The notes under the pieces: generated by a model
What the model was told of the DNA's origin: nothing
Seen by the model: only the letters and a program-made list of their open reading frames with translations
The model's database searches: none
NCBI GenBank assembly: GCA_035416745.1
Contig: DAOLNV010000004.1
Span: 2,138 to 66,137, forward strand
Reading direction: 5' to 3'
Source: Candidatus Hydrogenedentota bacterium
Lineage (GTDB): Bacteria > Hydrogenedentota > Hydrogenedentia > Hydrogenedentales > SLHB01
DNA: 64,000 nt
Program-made: the position numbers and the translations under genes
Shown here: in pieces, positions 19,545 to 29,610 of the stretch
How the letters are laid out: every line of letters starts with the position of its first letter
Numbering within the stretch: the stretch's first letter is position 1

Positions 19545-20153
19545 GTGGGCGACGAAAAACCGGCTGCTGCAAAACCGTCCTGGCGCGGATTTGCATTTCT
19601 CGTCGCTGGGTTGCTTCTTGCGCTGGGAGCGAGTGTTCTGGCCCAGCGCACCGGGCTGGGGAAAAGCCTCGAGCTCGACTTCAAGGGAATACGCGCTGTC
19701 GGTACCGCCGAACCGATGGGCGACGACTACAACATCCGGTACGAACACCCCGACGGCACCATCTTCAGGCGTCTCTATACCGGCCGGCTGAGCGGGGAGC
19801 CGTTGCCTCAGGGAAAACTCGAGATCGCGATCGCCTTTGACCCCGAGGAGCCCAGCCGCTTTCAACCCGCGGGCCTCTCGTATCTCCCCGGCGTCGCTGC
19901 GTTGACAATGTTCATCGCAGGCATGTGGTGCGTGCTTAAGGGACGCTCCGCCATGCGCCGCCATTATCTCAAAGCGACAGGAAAACTGGACGACGGGAAC
20001 CAAAGGAAGAAACCCCCGTCAGGCAAACCGGCCCCCGACATCGCGCGCCGCAAGACAATGCGCATCGTCCTCGCTATTGCCATCGCCCTGGCTCTGCTCG
20101 TGCTGTTCTACGGCTGCCCGCAACTCAACATCCCGGGGATTCAAAGAAACTGA
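19545..20153 (+). CDS. Membrane protein, DUF3592-like
   Basis: GTG at 19545 follows GAGGAGG. Has an N-terminal TM, a beta-rich middle (NIRYEHPDGTIFRRLY, AIAFDPEEP) and two further hydrophobic helices. Family assignment is tentative. Confidence 0.4.
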   Translation: MGDEKPAAAKPSWRGFAFLVAGLLLALGASVLAQRTGLGKSLELDFKGIRAVGTAEPMGDDYNIRYEHPDGTIFRRLYTGRLSGEPLPQGKLEIAIAFDPEEPSRFQPAGLSYLPGVAALTMFIAGMWCVLKGRSAMRRHYLKATGKLDDGNQRKKPPSGKPAPDIARRKTMRIVLAIAIALALLVLFYGCPQLNIPGIQRN

Positions 20154-20314
20154 CCCAAGGTTTTGCACAGCAAGAACGCGCGGCCTGTCCCCCCAAAGCC
20201 ATCGGCTGCCGTGGCCAATGTCGGGATACCCCCCTCCTCAAGCGCTTCGCGTGACTCGCTCGCGCCGGCAATCTCGCAAGCCCCTGCCTGAGCGCGCCTG
20301 TCCGTTCTTCCGGC

Positions 20315-21670
20315 CTAGACCTGTTCCGGCACCACGTACGGTTCGCGGTACGTGCGTTTGACCAGGCCGTTGGCTTCGTCGTCGTTCACGAAACCCTCGG
20401 TAGCGGGGTCGATTTGCAGACGGCGCCCTGTGCGGTAGGCGATGTTGCCGTAGTGGCACAGCAGCGTCGAGAGGTGCAGTTTCTCGATGTCGCCGGCGGG
20501 CAGTTCGCGCGACCGCACGCAGTCAATGAAATTGGCGATGTGGCCAAGGTTGGCCGCGGTGAATTCGCCGTGAGTAACGTTGACGGACTTCCCGTCGGCA
20601 TCGAACGCTTCCCATCCCCCGCCGTGACGGCCCATATACATGATTTGCTTGCTGCCGTAGATCTCGACACGCGTACCGCTGAACGGCCAGTTCGGCAGGG
20701 TATCCAGGTCACGGATTTCCATGGGCGTCTTGCGCATGTAAGGCGCCCACAGGACTTCCTCGAACACCATGGTGAGCCCGTCAAAATCGTAGATCACCGA
20801 ATGCGTGTCAGGGCATTCCTGGTCGTCGTCGAAGAAGAGTTTCCCCCCGCCCGACGTGACATATTTCGGGTAGGTCTTGTCGATGAGCCAGCGGGCGATG
20901 TCCATCTGGTGCACGCCGTCGTTGATGATGTCCCCGCCCGAAAAATCCCAGAACCAGTGCCAGTTGTAGTGGAACCGGTTGGGATTGAAAGGACGGTTGG
21001 GCGCCGGCCCGAGCCACAAATCGTAGTCCACGCCTTCGGGCGGGGTGCCGTCGGGCTTTTTCCCGATGGGACCCCGTTCCTTGCTGTTGATTACCCGCGC
21101 GAAATGAACCGTGCCAAACGCTTCCGAGCGGATGTAGTCGAAGGCCTTGTAGCAGTAGGAAGCGCTCCGGTTTTGCGCCCCGACCTGGACGATGCGGCCA
21201 TACTTCCGCGCCGCCTCGACCATCTTGCGGCTCTCCCAGATGCAGTGCGAGGTCGGTTTTTCCACGTAGACGTCTTTGCCGGCCTGGCAGGCCCAGATCG
21301 TACCCAAGGCATGCCAGTGGTCGGGCGTCGCGTTGATGATGACGTCAACGTCCTTGTCGTCCAGCACTTCCTTAATGTTCTGGACGCATTTCGGCGCCTT
21401 GCCCTGGGTATCTTCGATCAACTTGGACCGGTCTTTGAAGATGCGGCTGTCGACATCACAGATATAGGCCAATTCGACGTCGTCGCGCTGCGCGAACCAT
21501 TCGCCCAGGTAACGGCCCCGCCCGAGCATGCCCATGCTGGCGGCGATGATCTTCTCGTTGGCGCCCAATGCGTTGATGGAAAAGACGCCCGCGCTGGCGG
21601 CCGCCGCAACCTTCCCGGTCTTGCTGAAGAATTCACGCCGGTTCATCGATTTCATGAACGGTCTCCTCAT
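20315..21670 (-). CDS. Gfo/Idh/MocA family oxidoreductase with Tat signal
   Basis: MNRREFFSKTGKVAAAASAG twin-arginine-like leader and Rossmann-like ASMGMLGRGRY segment, with conserved ATPDHWHALGTIWACQAGKDVYVEKP. Exact start is uncertain (three in-frame Met). Confidence 0.85.
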   Translation of the reverse strand: MRRPFMKSMNRREFFSKTGKVAAAASAGVFSINALGANEKIIAASMGMLGRGRYLGEWFAQRDDVELAYICDVDSRIFKDRSKLIEDTQGKAPKCVQNIKEVLDDKDVDVIINATPDHWHALGTIWACQAGKDVYVEKPTSHCIWESRKMVEAARKYGRIVQVGAQNRSASYCYKAFDYIRSEAFGTVHFARVINSKERGPIGKKPDGTPPEGVDYDLWLGPAPNRPFNPNRFHYNWHWFWDFSGGDIINDGVHQMDIARWLIDKTYPKYVTSGGGKLFFDDDQECPDTHSVIYDFDGLTMVFEEVLWAPYMRKTPMEIRDLDTLPNWPFSGTRVEIYGSKQIMYMGRHGGGWEAFDADGKSVNVTHGEFTAANLGHIANFIDCVRSRELPAGDIEKLHLSTLLCHYGNIAYRTGRRLQIDPATEGFVNDDEANGLVKRTYREPYVVPEQV

Positions 21671-21830
21671 GTCCCGACACGTATCCCGGCACGCAAGTGC
21701 GTGCGGACTTTCGGGGCTGCGCCCAACTTCGGCCAGATAAGACTTGCGTCATACACGCGGTTACGATAGCAAAAGCGCGTTCAACATGCGAATCGAAGGT
21801 TCAAGGCTCGGTAAGCCGAAGAGGACCCCG

Positions 21831-21867
21831 CGAGAAAACAGCGCGCGCTCCCCAAAGAGCGCGCGCC
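21831..21867 (-). terminator. Intrinsic terminator of the DUF1559 gene 21910-22866
   Basis: Minus strand reads GGCGCGCGCTC-TTTGGG-GAGCGCGCGCT followed by GTTTTCTCG. Confidence 0.6.
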
Positions 21868-21909
21868 GTCGTACATCCGTTTTTGGCCGCAAACTGGCCC
21901 TGTGATCTA

Positions 21910-22866
21910 TTAATAAGAAGTCAGCAAACCTATCAGAGCGAAGGTCACGTTCACCGGCATTTCTTCGCTCGGATACCGCACGAACTCGACGTGCCCGTCC
22001 ATATAAAGCACATTGCTGCCGCCGGGAATGTGGTTGAAGTTCCAGGTCACCGTGGCAATCGTGTCCCACATCACCGCGAGCTCGCTCTGAGCCTGGGCGC
22101 TGCCGGCGGGATTGTTGATGTCCGTGATGAAGAACCGCTCGATGCCTTCCCGGAGCCGGTAGAGCGTATCCGAGGACGGTCCGCCCACCACGCTGTAATC
22201 CAGGTTCATGTCGTTGTCCGCGACATTCATGAACTGCTGAAGCAACGCGATGGAGTCAGGATTGGCCGCATTTATCGCGATCTGATACCACAGCAGCGGC
22301 TGAACCGGAACCATGGTCAACGGGTCAACGTTCGGAGGCAGAGATACCCCAACGGCCGCTGCGGCGAGTCCCACGTTAATCTGGTACGGCGAGTTGTTGT
22401 CGCTGTCGTCGAATGCCCAGCCATAGTAGTTGTAAGCATACGACGCCGGCCACCAATGCGCGCACACATCCGGCAATCCGTTGTCGTCCAGGTCCGGGTC
22501 CAGAATGCACTGCCCGGCTGCCGTGTACATCTGCTCGGCCTTGAGCCGTGTGCTGGATGGGCAGACGTAGATGTTGGGGTCGGTCAGGTACTCAGGATAA
22601 ATCTGAGAAGACAACGGGGTAACAATAAAACCGGTGGGTGCGCAACTGCTCTGGCCCTGGTACATGATGGTCGGCCATCTCTCGCCCTTGCTTTCGTTCG
22701 CGTACATCTTGAACACGAGGCCGAACTGTTTCAGGTTGTTGGCGCAACTGGCACGCCGGGCCGCTTCGCGCGCACGGGCCAATGCGGGCAGAAGAATGGC
22801 CGCAAGGATGCCGATGATCGCGATAACGACCAGCAATTCAATGAGTGTAAATCCCTTTCTCTTCAT
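21910..22866 (-). CDS. Prepilin-type N-terminal cleavage/methylation domain protein, DUF1559 (H-X9-DG-like) family, paralog 1
   Basis: [47 protein letters not shown] (G|FTLIE with Glu+5). C-terminal [24 protein letters not shown]. Confidence 0.9.
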   Translation of the reverse strand: MKRKGFTLIELLVVIAIIGILAAILLPALARAREAARRASCANNLKQFGLVFKMYANESKGERWPTIMYQGQSSCAPTGFIVTPLSSQIYPEYLTDPNIYVCPSSTRLKAEQMYTAAGQCILDPDLDDNGLPDVCAHWWPASYAYNYYGWAFDDSDNNSPYQINVGLAAAAVGVSLPPNVDPLTMVPVQPLLWYQIAINAANPDSIALLQQFMNVADNDMNLDYSVVGGPSSDTLYRLREGIERFFITDINNPAGSAQAQSELAVMWDTIATVTWNFNHIPGGSNVLYMDGHVEFVRYPSEEMPVNVTFALIGLLTSY

Positions 22867-22944
22867 TTGATGACCTCCTTTACGATGACTTGAGAATCAC
22901 GCCGGGTATCCGCCTGACTCCACAATGACTCAGGCCCACCAATC

Positions 22945-22973
22945 AGAATACCTTGGAAAAATCATTTCCGCAA
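22945..22973 (-). promoter_or_regulatory. Candidate sigma70-like promoter for paralog 1
   Basis: Minus strand reads TTGCGG-17nt-TATTCT, about 80 nt upstream of the ATG at 22866. The real SD is TAAAGGAGG. Confidence 0.4.
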
Positions 22974-23110
22974 GGTTGTTCTTTCGGGATTTTAGTAGCT
23001 CTCACAGACAACTGCCTGGAAAGACAGGCACAGGCCCTGTTCAAACGGACTCCGATTCTCCCGGGCTTGCTGAGTGCCAGCTTCTTACCTTGGCGACATG
23101 GCCCGGCCAC

Positions 23111-23146
23111 GCAAACAACAAGCGCGCGCTCCGAAGAGCGCGCGCT
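23111..23146 (-). terminator. Intrinsic terminator of the DUF1559 gene 23186-24130
   Basis: Minus strand reads AGCGCGCGCTC-TTCG-GAGCGCGCGCT followed by TGTTGTTTG. Confidence 0.7.
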
Positions 23147-23185
23147 CGGGTTGGTGCTGGTATTGGAAAATCGAACCGCTTAGCG

Positions 23186-24130
23186 TCACGGGGGATTGAG
23201 CACGCCGCTCATCAAATCCATCATCTGCACGTATGCCTTGCAGACCGGCCATTCGCTCGGGTAGCGGACGAATTCGACGTGCCCGTCCATGAACAGCACG
23301 TTACCGCCGCCGGGGATGTGGTTGAAGTAACTCTCGACACCCTTTGCAGCAGTCCACACCGAGTCCCACATCACCGGAACTTCGGTCTGGGCAATGGCGC
23401 TGCCCGCCGGGTTGTTGATGTCGGTGATGAAGAACCGCTCGATGCCTTCACGAAGACGGTAGCAGGTCACATCCTTGCCCGTGTCGCTCGCGTAGCTGAT
23501 ATCGCCTTCAAACGAGTTCCAGGGGGTGCCATTCCCAAAGTTGAAAACAGCGGAGAGACTGACAAGATCTTCGTTCCCCGTGCCGGCAGCCACGCCCGTG
23601 AAAACGGTCTGGACCGCGAAGAGGAACCCATAGTCAAACGTGGCTGGCATATCGTTGACATCCGTTCCCGGCATGATGACGTACTCGTCCTTCATGGCCC
23701 AGCCATAGTAGGTGTACGACACTTCCCAGAAATCGCAGGGCTGGACGCTGCCGTCGGCATTCCGCCAATACTGGTCGGCCCGTGCCTGGGCATCGGCGTC
23801 CGATGGGCAAAGAATGATGTTGTCGTCGGTCATGTACTCGGGGTATACCGACGGGCCGTTAAAGAACTGGTTGTGGTCGTTGGGGTCTCCGCAAGGACCA
23901 GTCCCCGCATCATACGGATGCGCCTTAATCAAGCTCGGCCACTTTTCGCCTTGGGCCTCGTTCGCATACATCTTGAAAATCAGGCCCATCTGCTTCAGGT
24001 TGTTTGCGCAGCTCGCGCGCCGGGCCGCTTCGCGCGCACGGGCCAATGCGGGCAGAAGAATGGCCGCAAGGATGCCGATGATCGCGATAACGACCAGCAA
24101 TTCAATCAATGTGAACCCTCGTCTTCTCAT
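23186..24130 (-). CDS. Prepilin-type N-terminal domain protein, DUF1559 family, paralog 2
   Basis: [47 protein letters not shown], then [32 protein letters not shown]. By eye about 85 percent identical to the 33944-34891 product. Confidence 0.9.
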   Translation of the reverse strand: MRRRGFTLIELLVVIAIIGILAAILLPALARAREAARRASCANNLKQMGLIFKMYANEAQGEKWPSLIKAHPYDAGTGPCGDPNDHNQFFNGPSVYPEYMTDDNIILCPSDADAQARADQYWRNADGSVQPCDFWEVSYTYYGWAMKDEYVIMPGTDVNDMPATFDYGFLFAVQTVFTGVAAGTGNEDLVSLSAVFNFGNGTPWNSFEGDISYASDTGKDVTCYRLREGIERFFITDINNPAGSAIAQTEVPVMWDSVWTAAKGVESYFNHIPGGGNVLFMDGHVEFVRYPSEWPVCKAYVQMMDLMSGVLNPP

Positions 24131-24203
24131 GTTATCAATCCTCCTCGTTGTTCAAAACACCTGTGACACCACGATACCTGTAATGCCCGTACCAGCCAGA
24201 ATA

Positions 24204-24233
24204 ATTATGACTCTGGGTCAGGGTTCTTGTCAA
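24204..24233 (-). promoter_or_regulatory. Candidate sigma70-like promoter for paralog 2
   Basis: Minus strand reads TTGACA-18nt-CATAAT, about 70 nt upstream of the ATG at 24130 (SD GAGGAGGA). Confidence 0.4.
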
Positions 24234-24721
24234 CTCCTTCACGTCATGGCAATTCCCCCTATAGACACCGGGCTTGTAGAAAGGAAATCCCGTAGTGCGC
24301 GTGGCAACGGTCTGCATTTGCGAACATTGGTCGGTTCAGCGCGGAAAGGTAGAGGAAAAATTTCCATGTTGTGATTGCCAGCATTGCGGCCCGCACGGCC
24401 CATCAAGAAGCCCGGTTTCAGACGCGGCAGGAATGTCGCGCTTACATAGCCAATCAGTCTTGATGGGCAATTTACAGACCTTTGGTCATAAAACTCCGCG
24501 CATGACCGCCGCCCGAAAGAGAACAGACCCAGAAATAGGTTGTGCGAGGGAAAAACAGGACCGCAAGAGTCCTGTGCCACCCCAGCAGATACCATGAAAT
24601 ATATGCAAAACATGTATTCTGCGAAGCCCTCCAGCCCCATGGCCTGTGAACACGGACCGCCTGACACAAGACCTGGGGCTACAAGTCAGCCTCGTCATAC
24701 GGGTGGCGAGAACGTGTCAAG

Positions 24722-24750
24722 TTGAGCCACGGGGGCGCGACCCGTAAGAT
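24722..24750 (+). promoter_or_regulatory. Candidate promoter giving a near-leaderless DCC-family transcript
   Basis: TTGAGC-17nt-TAAGAT ends 8 nt before the ATG at 24759, and no SD lies between them. Confidence 0.3.
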
Positions 24751-24758
24751 ACGGTGTC

Positions 24759-25181
24759 ATGGACCGTGCTACGCTCATTTATGATGGCGAATGCCCGTTT
24801 TGCCGCCGTGCGGCGGCATGGGCCCTGCAGCATGCCCGCGAGAACGCGCTCGAGGCGCTGCCGTGCCAGGATGCCGAGCGCGAGCGCCGTTTTCCGGAAA
24901 TTACCCGCGAACAGTGCATGGCGGCCATGCAGTTGGTGACGCCCGACGGCCGGGTGTATGCCGGAGACCAGGCCCTGCCTGTGCTGATGGAACGGATGCA
25001 GGGGTGGCGCTGGGCCGCGCGGGTTCTGCGCTGGCCGGTGTTCCGCCATGCATCGCCGGGGGTCTATCGCTGGTTCGCCACACGCCGCTACGCGCTGGCC
25101 GCGATCGCGGGGCATGAGCGCAGAGAATCCTGCAACAGCAAGGCTGAAAAGACCTGCAACGAAGGGGAAAAACGTGAGTAA
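24759..25181 (+). CDS. Thiol-disulfide oxidoreductase DCC family protein (DUF393)
   Basis: N-terminal IYDGECPFCRR motif; 140 aa. Confidence 0.8.
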   Translation: MDRATLIYDGECPFCRRAAAWALQHARENALEALPCQDAERERRFPEITREQCMAAMQLVTPDGRVYAGDQALPVLMERMQGWRWAARVLRWPVFRHASPGVYRWFATRRYALAAIAGHERRESCNSKAEKTCNEGEKRE

Positions 25182-25674
25182 CGACGGAATAACCTACCTT
25201 CCCAATTCAAAACCTTGTTTCATCTGCGGTGAAGATAACGCAGCCGGCGTCCAGACGCGATTCTACATCGAAAACGGCATTGTCAAAGCGCCGTTCACGG
25301 GCAAGCCGCACCATTGCGGGTTCGACAACGTTGTACACGGCGGCATTGTCGCGGCGATCCTCGACGAGTGCATGGGCTGGGCCGTAGCCCGCGAAGTTCA
25401 CCGCATGTGTTTCACCGGCGAATTGACCATCCGCTACCTCAAACCCGTTCCCGCCAACCGGCCCATGACCGCCTGTTCGGAAGTCTGCAAGGCTACCCGC
25501 CGGATGGGGACCGCCCGTGGATGGCTCGTCGATCAAGAGGGAACCGAGTACGCCCGCGCCGAAGGCCGGTTTATTCCGCTTTCCGCCGAGGGCACGCTCG
25601 AGGTCGACGACAACCTGGTCTACCGTGGCGGCGAAGAACGTGTGTTTGACTGCCTGCGGGAAAGACCCCGGTAG
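25174..25674 (+). CDS. PaaI/hotdog-fold thioesterase
   Basis: CFICGEDN, then GFDNVVHGGIVAAILDECMGWA, typical of PaaI-type hotdog thioesterases. GTG at 25174 after GAAGGGGA overlaps the DCC stop by 8 nt. ATG at 25114 is an alternative start. Confidence 0.65.
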   Translation: MSNDGITYLPNSKPCFICGEDNAAGVQTRFYIENGIVKAPFTGKPHHCGFDNVVHGGIVAAILDECMGWAVAREVHRMCFTGELTIRYLKPVPANRPMTACSEVCKATRRMGTARGWLVDQEGTEYARAEGRFIPLSAEGTLEVDDNLVYRGGEERVFDCLRERPR

Positions 25675-25725
25675 CGCCCGGCCTCGCGCCAAACGGTTCT
25701 TGTTCGTCCGTCACAAGCCCGGATG

Positions 25726-26682
25726 TCAGTCGAAATACAGGACGGGCGACCACGCCTGTTTGCCATCCGCATCGGTGATCTCGACCCGCACATACGCCAC
25801 GGGGCGTTTCATGGTGAAGACGCCCTTAGTGAGCGGCTGGTCCGTTGCGAGGGTCTGTGCGCCGTTGGGGGCGGTGGCGTAGAACTGGATCTTCCGTACC
25901 GGAGAACACTCGACGGTCACCGTGTCCCCCTCGACACGCAGATCGGTGAACTCGGGGCCCGTCGATGCATAATAGGCGCCCTTGCGGAGAGCGTCCATGA
26001 CCGCATCGAGCGTCAATTGCGCCGCTTTAATCATGGTCCACCCCATTCGCAAGGCATTGTCGCCGTGTACATCGTCGACGGCCACCGCGGGAATGCGCCA
26101 CCCTTTGGCGAGCAAATCGTCCCAATGGACCGAGCTGTTGGCCCGGCCATTAAAGCGGCAGGTGGAATTGTAGACCTCGAGGGCTCCCGCGCCATCTTCA
26201 AACAAGGGCAGCAGCTCATCGTGAGTGAAGCCGCACCAATAGGGGTGCGCGGCGACAACAAAAGCCCCTGCATCACGCAAGGCTTTCATGCGCTCCTCCA
26301 TGGGCGTTTCCTTCTCGAAGGTCATCCCCACGGGCACATTGATGCACAGGATATGGTAATTCATGTTCGGATTGGGCGACTTGGGATGCGTTTCCATGCC
26401 GCTGATCAGCAGAAACGCATCGGAACAGAACGGTGCGGCCTCGCTGGTCTTCTCGTGGTCCGACACGGCGAGGATGCTGTAGCCATGAGACCGGTACTGT
26501 TCCACGCGCACCGGCAGATCTACGTCGCCGTCCGATTGCGTTGTATGCGTGTGCAAATTCGCCTTGTACCAATTCCCGGGCAACGCGAAGGGGTTCACCG
26601 GCGCCTGGTCCGCCGCGAACGCCCCGAAGCCTACGCCGAAAACCGCCGCCACAACACATAAAATACGTGCAACCTGTCGCAT
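25726..26682 (-). CDS. Secreted PHP-domain (CehA/McbA-like) metallo-phosphoesterase
   Basis: ATG at 26682 after AGGAAGAGGGA. Signal peptide MRQVARILCVVAAVFGVGFGAFAADQA. PHP motifs ANLHTHTTQSDGD and AVSDHE, plus later HP and DDVHG motifs. Confidence 0.65.
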   Translation of the reverse strand: MRQVARILCVVAAVFGVGFGAFAADQAPVNPFALPGNWYKANLHTHTTQSDGDVDLPVRVEQYRSHGYSILAVSDHEKTSEAAPFCSDAFLLISGMETHPKSPNPNMNYHILCINVPVGMTFEKETPMEERMKALRDAGAFVVAAHPYWCGFTHDELLPLFEDGAGALEVYNSTCRFNGRANSSVHWDDLLAKGWRIPAVAVDDVHGDNALRMGWTMIKAAQLTLDAVMDALRKGAYYASTGPEFTDLRVEGDTVTVECSPVRKIQFYATAPNGAQTLATDQPLTKGVFTMKRPVAYVRVEITDADGKQAWSPVLYFD

Positions 26683-26924
26683 GGTCCCTCTTCCTTTCGA
26701 TTGGCTCGAGTGTGTGCCACGAGCATAACGCACCATGCCCTCATCCGCAAGCATCTCGGGCCTGCCTACTCGATGATGATGTTCCCGGGCCGGTACCGCC
26801 GGTGACCGTCAGTATGAGGAAGAGGCCGTGAAAGCATCGGCGTCCCATCCAGGCGGCCGGCCGAACAGATGCATGAGTATCCCCCGCTTCTCGCTGATAC
26901 GGCCTGTTGCTCTCTCCGCCCGCC

Positions 26925-27212
26925 CTATTCCGCCCGGTTGGGATTCTTGGGGAACCAGCCCTTTGCCACGCGCTTTTCCTGCTCCTTGATCTCGTGGATC
27001 GTCCACAACGAGGAGAACCCCACTACCCCCAAGGTCACCGAACTGTACGTATTCCCGACATACAGAGATAGAATCACGCAGATAATGCCAACCACCAGAA
27101 AGATCGGCCAGATGCGCGCCCCGAAGTAGTACTCGCCCTTGATGACCACCGGGTGGAAGATGCCTATCGCCAGGAACGCCACCGCCCCGAGTATCACGCC
27201 TTGAAAATTCAC
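26925..27212 (-). CDS. Small membrane protein, DUF4491-like
   Basis: 95 aa with three TM segments. GIFHPVVIKGEYYFG, SSLWTIHEIKEQEKRVAKGWFPKNP matches my recollection of DUF4491. Confidence 0.5.
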   Translation of the reverse strand: MNFQGVILGAVAFLAIGIFHPVVIKGEYYFGARIWPIFLVVGIICVILSLYVGNTYSSVTLGVVGFSSLWTIHEIKEQEKRVAKGWFPKNPNRAE

Positions 27213-27272
27213 GCTCGTTCTCCTAAACCCGCTCGGGACACACGTATCGCGTCTGCGGCGGACCCGCCTGCG

Positions 27273-27434
27273 TCAGTCCCGCCCCTGCTTCCGTTTCAGC
27301 CCGGCGGCACAGGCACACCCGCCGCCTCCGCAGGTTTCGTCACAGGACCGCCCCGCGGCGCGTGTACGCAACTGCCAACCCACGAAAAACGCCGCAGCGC
27401 CTATGATAACGCCAACTACTGCACCTTCAAGCAT
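27273..27434 (-). CDS. FeoB-associated Cys-rich membrane peptide (53 aa), absent from the ORF track
   Basis: ATG at 27434 is 13 nt after the feoB stop and is preceded by GAGGAA. My translation is MLEGAVVGVIIGAAAFFVGWQLRTRAAGRSCDETCGGGGCACAAGLKRKQGRD, giving one TM segment plus a C-x3-C-x4-C-x-C tail. Confidence 0.6.
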   Translation of the reverse strand: MLEGAVVGVIIGAAAFFVGWQLRTRAAGRSCDETCGGGGCACAAGLKRKQGRD

Positions 27435-27446
27435 TCTCGGTATTCC

Positions 27447-29609
27447 TCATGGCGTGCCCAAGCCCAGCGCCAGGCCGCTTTGGTAGATAACAACGGCGAG
27501 GACGAAAGCAATCCCCGTCGAGTAGGCCGTGGAAAAGAGCGCCCACTTCCAAGAGCCGCTTTCGCGGCGAATGACGGCCATACTGGCGAAACAGGGCGCG
27601 TACATCATAACGAAGACCATCAAAACAAAACCTTTGAGCGGATTCCACGCGGGATCCTGCGCCAGCTGCTGCGACAGGGATTCCGGCCTGTCGGGGTCGA
27701 CATCTCCCATGGCCAGCGCAGTGCCCATGGTGCCTACGATGACCTCCTTGGCCATGAATCCGCCCATCAGGGAGATGTTGGTGCGCCAGTCAAAGCCCGC
27801 CCATTGCGTGACCGGCTCCAGAGCACGCCCGAAACGGCCCGCAAAACTGTGCGACAAGGCGCCAGCGGCCCGTTCTTCTTCGGTCACGGCCGCGACGCGC
27901 GGGCCGCCGCCGGGGGCCTGGGAATCTCCGCCATCGGGCGGTCGGGGGAAATACATCAGGGCCCAGAACAAGATGTTGATGGCCAGGATCACGGTTCCGG
28001 CCTTCTTCACGTACAACCAGGTGCGGTCCCATGTGTGAATCAACATGCTTCGCAGCAGAGGCATGTGATACGGCGGCAACTCCATCACAAAGGGGGTTTG
28101 CTCGCCCCGGATAACGAATTTACGGAGCACCCACGCGGCGGCAAGCGCCACCGCCCACGATATCGCCCACATAAGCAACATCATCTCGGTGCGATGCCGG
28201 GGAAAGAACGCCGCAATCAACATGGCATAGACCGTCAGTTTCGCTCCACAATTCATGAAGGGCACGACCAGCATGGTGATCAGGCGGTCCTTGTCCTCCC
28301 GCAGCGTGCGTGTGGCCATCACGCCGGGAACGGCGCATCCGCCCGCGCCCAGCCCGCCGGAAACGATCAGAGCGAGAATCGATTTCCCCTGGAGGCCGAA
28401 GGTTTGCAGCACCCGGTCGAGAATGAACGCAACACGCGCAATGTAGCCCGAATCCTCGAGCGCGGATATCAGAAAAAACATCGTAAAAATGAGCGGCATG
28501 AAACCAAGCACGCCCCCCACGCCCGCGATGACAGCATCGTTCAGCAGCGAATGGAGAACGGGCGCCCGAGCCTCGAGGCCGGATATCGCGCCGGCAAGTT
28601 GATCGAAGAACCATTCCACCCACGCAACCGGCGCATACCACCCCCCAAACCAGGGAATCCACGCCCATTCAGTCGAGATCTTGAATACGGAAAAGAACAA
28701 GGCGGCCACTACCGCGACCAGAATCACCGGGCCCAGGAAACGGTTGCACACGAGCGTATCAATGCGGTCCGTAACAAGCTGGCGGGCTTGTCCCGTGAGG
28801 ATTAGACATTCTTTCATGATGCCGGACGCATACCCGTAGCGCCGTTCGGCAATCACCGTGGCGCAATCGTCGCCACAATGCTGTTCGATAGCCTTGATGG
28901 CCTTGGCGGCGGCCTTCAGCATATGGTCCGCCTCGGCATCCGCCAGTTCCGCTACCTTTTTCTCGACTTCTGCGTCCTGTTCGAGAAGTTTGACCGCCAG
29001 CCAGCGGGGCCGGTACCTGGCGGGCAATGACGGGACACTGCTCAGGAGCTCGGCCAGCTTGTCGACTTCCTCATCGACCTCGTGGCCATAGGTGACCGGG
29101 CGGGGCGCGACGGAGAGCTTGCCGTCAAGAGCATCCAGGCATTGTTGCAGCAGTTCTCTCACGCCAACGCCCTTGTTGCCCACGGTAGGCACCACGGGAA
29201 TGCCCAGAAGTTCCGACAGTTTCGCGTGGTCAACAGCGATTCCGCGGTGTGCAGCCACGTCCACCATGTTGAGTGCCAGAATCAACGGGGCACCCATCTC
29301 CATGATCTGAATGGCCAAGTACAGATGCCGTTCCAGATTCGACGCATCGAGCACGTCCACGACAAGGTCGGGACCCTGCTCGATGATGAAATCCCGGGCA
29401 ACCAGTTCCTCCTGGGAGTATGCGGTGAGGGAATAAGTGCCGGGGAGGTCGACTACACGAATCCGGCGGCCATCCAGCCGTGCCACGCCCTCTTTGCATT
29501 CCACCGTGACGCCGGGATAGTTCCCCACGCTTTGGAACGTTCCCGTGAGGTGATTGAAAAGAGACGTTTTGCCGGCATTCGGATTGCCTGCAATCGCTAT
29601 GCCCGCCAC
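27447..29609 (-). CDS. feoB: Ferrous iron transporter FeoB
   Basis: N-terminal G-domain IAIAGNPNAGKTSLFNHLTG, DLPGTYSL and NMVD, then a polytopic membrane domain; 720 aa. Confidence 0.95.
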   Translation of the reverse strand: MAGIAIAGNPNAGKTSLFNHLTGTFQSVGNYPGVTVECKEGVARLDGRRIRVVDLPGTYSLTAYSQEELVARDFIIEQGPDLVVDVLDASNLERHLYLAIQIMEMGAPLILALNMVDVAAHRGIAVDHAKLSELLGIPVVPTVGNKGVGVRELLQQCLDALDGKLSVAPRPVTYGHEVDEEVDKLAELLSSVPSLPARYRPRWLAVKLLEQDAEVEKKVAELADAEADHMLKAAAKAIKAIEQHCGDDCATVIAERRYGYASGIMKECLILTGQARQLVTDRIDTLVCNRFLGPVILVAVVAALFFSVFKISTEWAWIPWFGGWYAPVAWVEWFFDQLAGAISGLEARAPVLHSLLNDAVIAGVGGVLGFMPLIFTMFFLISALEDSGYIARVAFILDRVLQTFGLQGKSILALIVSGGLGAGGCAVPGVMATRTLREDKDRLITMLVVPFMNCGAKLTVYAMLIAAFFPRHRTEMMLLMWAISWAVALAAAWVLRKFVIRGEQTPFVMELPPYHMPLLRSMLIHTWDRTWLYVKKAGTVILAINILFWALMYFPRPPDGGDSQAPGGGPRVAAVTEEERAAGALSHSFAGRFGRALEPVTQWAGFDWRTNISLMGGFMAKEVIVGTMGTALAMGDVDPDRPESLSQQLAQDPAWNPLKGFVLMVFVMMYAPCFASMAVIRRESGSWKWALFSTAYSTGIAFVLAVVIYQSGLALGLGTP

Positions 29610-29610
29610 G

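Noticed and set aside
23121-23146. GCGCGCGC palindromes as CRISPR repeats or REP/MITE elements
   Set aside because: They are single hairpins, each directly downstream of a stop codon and followed by a U-rich tract. There is no regular repeat-spacer periodicity, and no terminal inverted repeats or target-site duplications.
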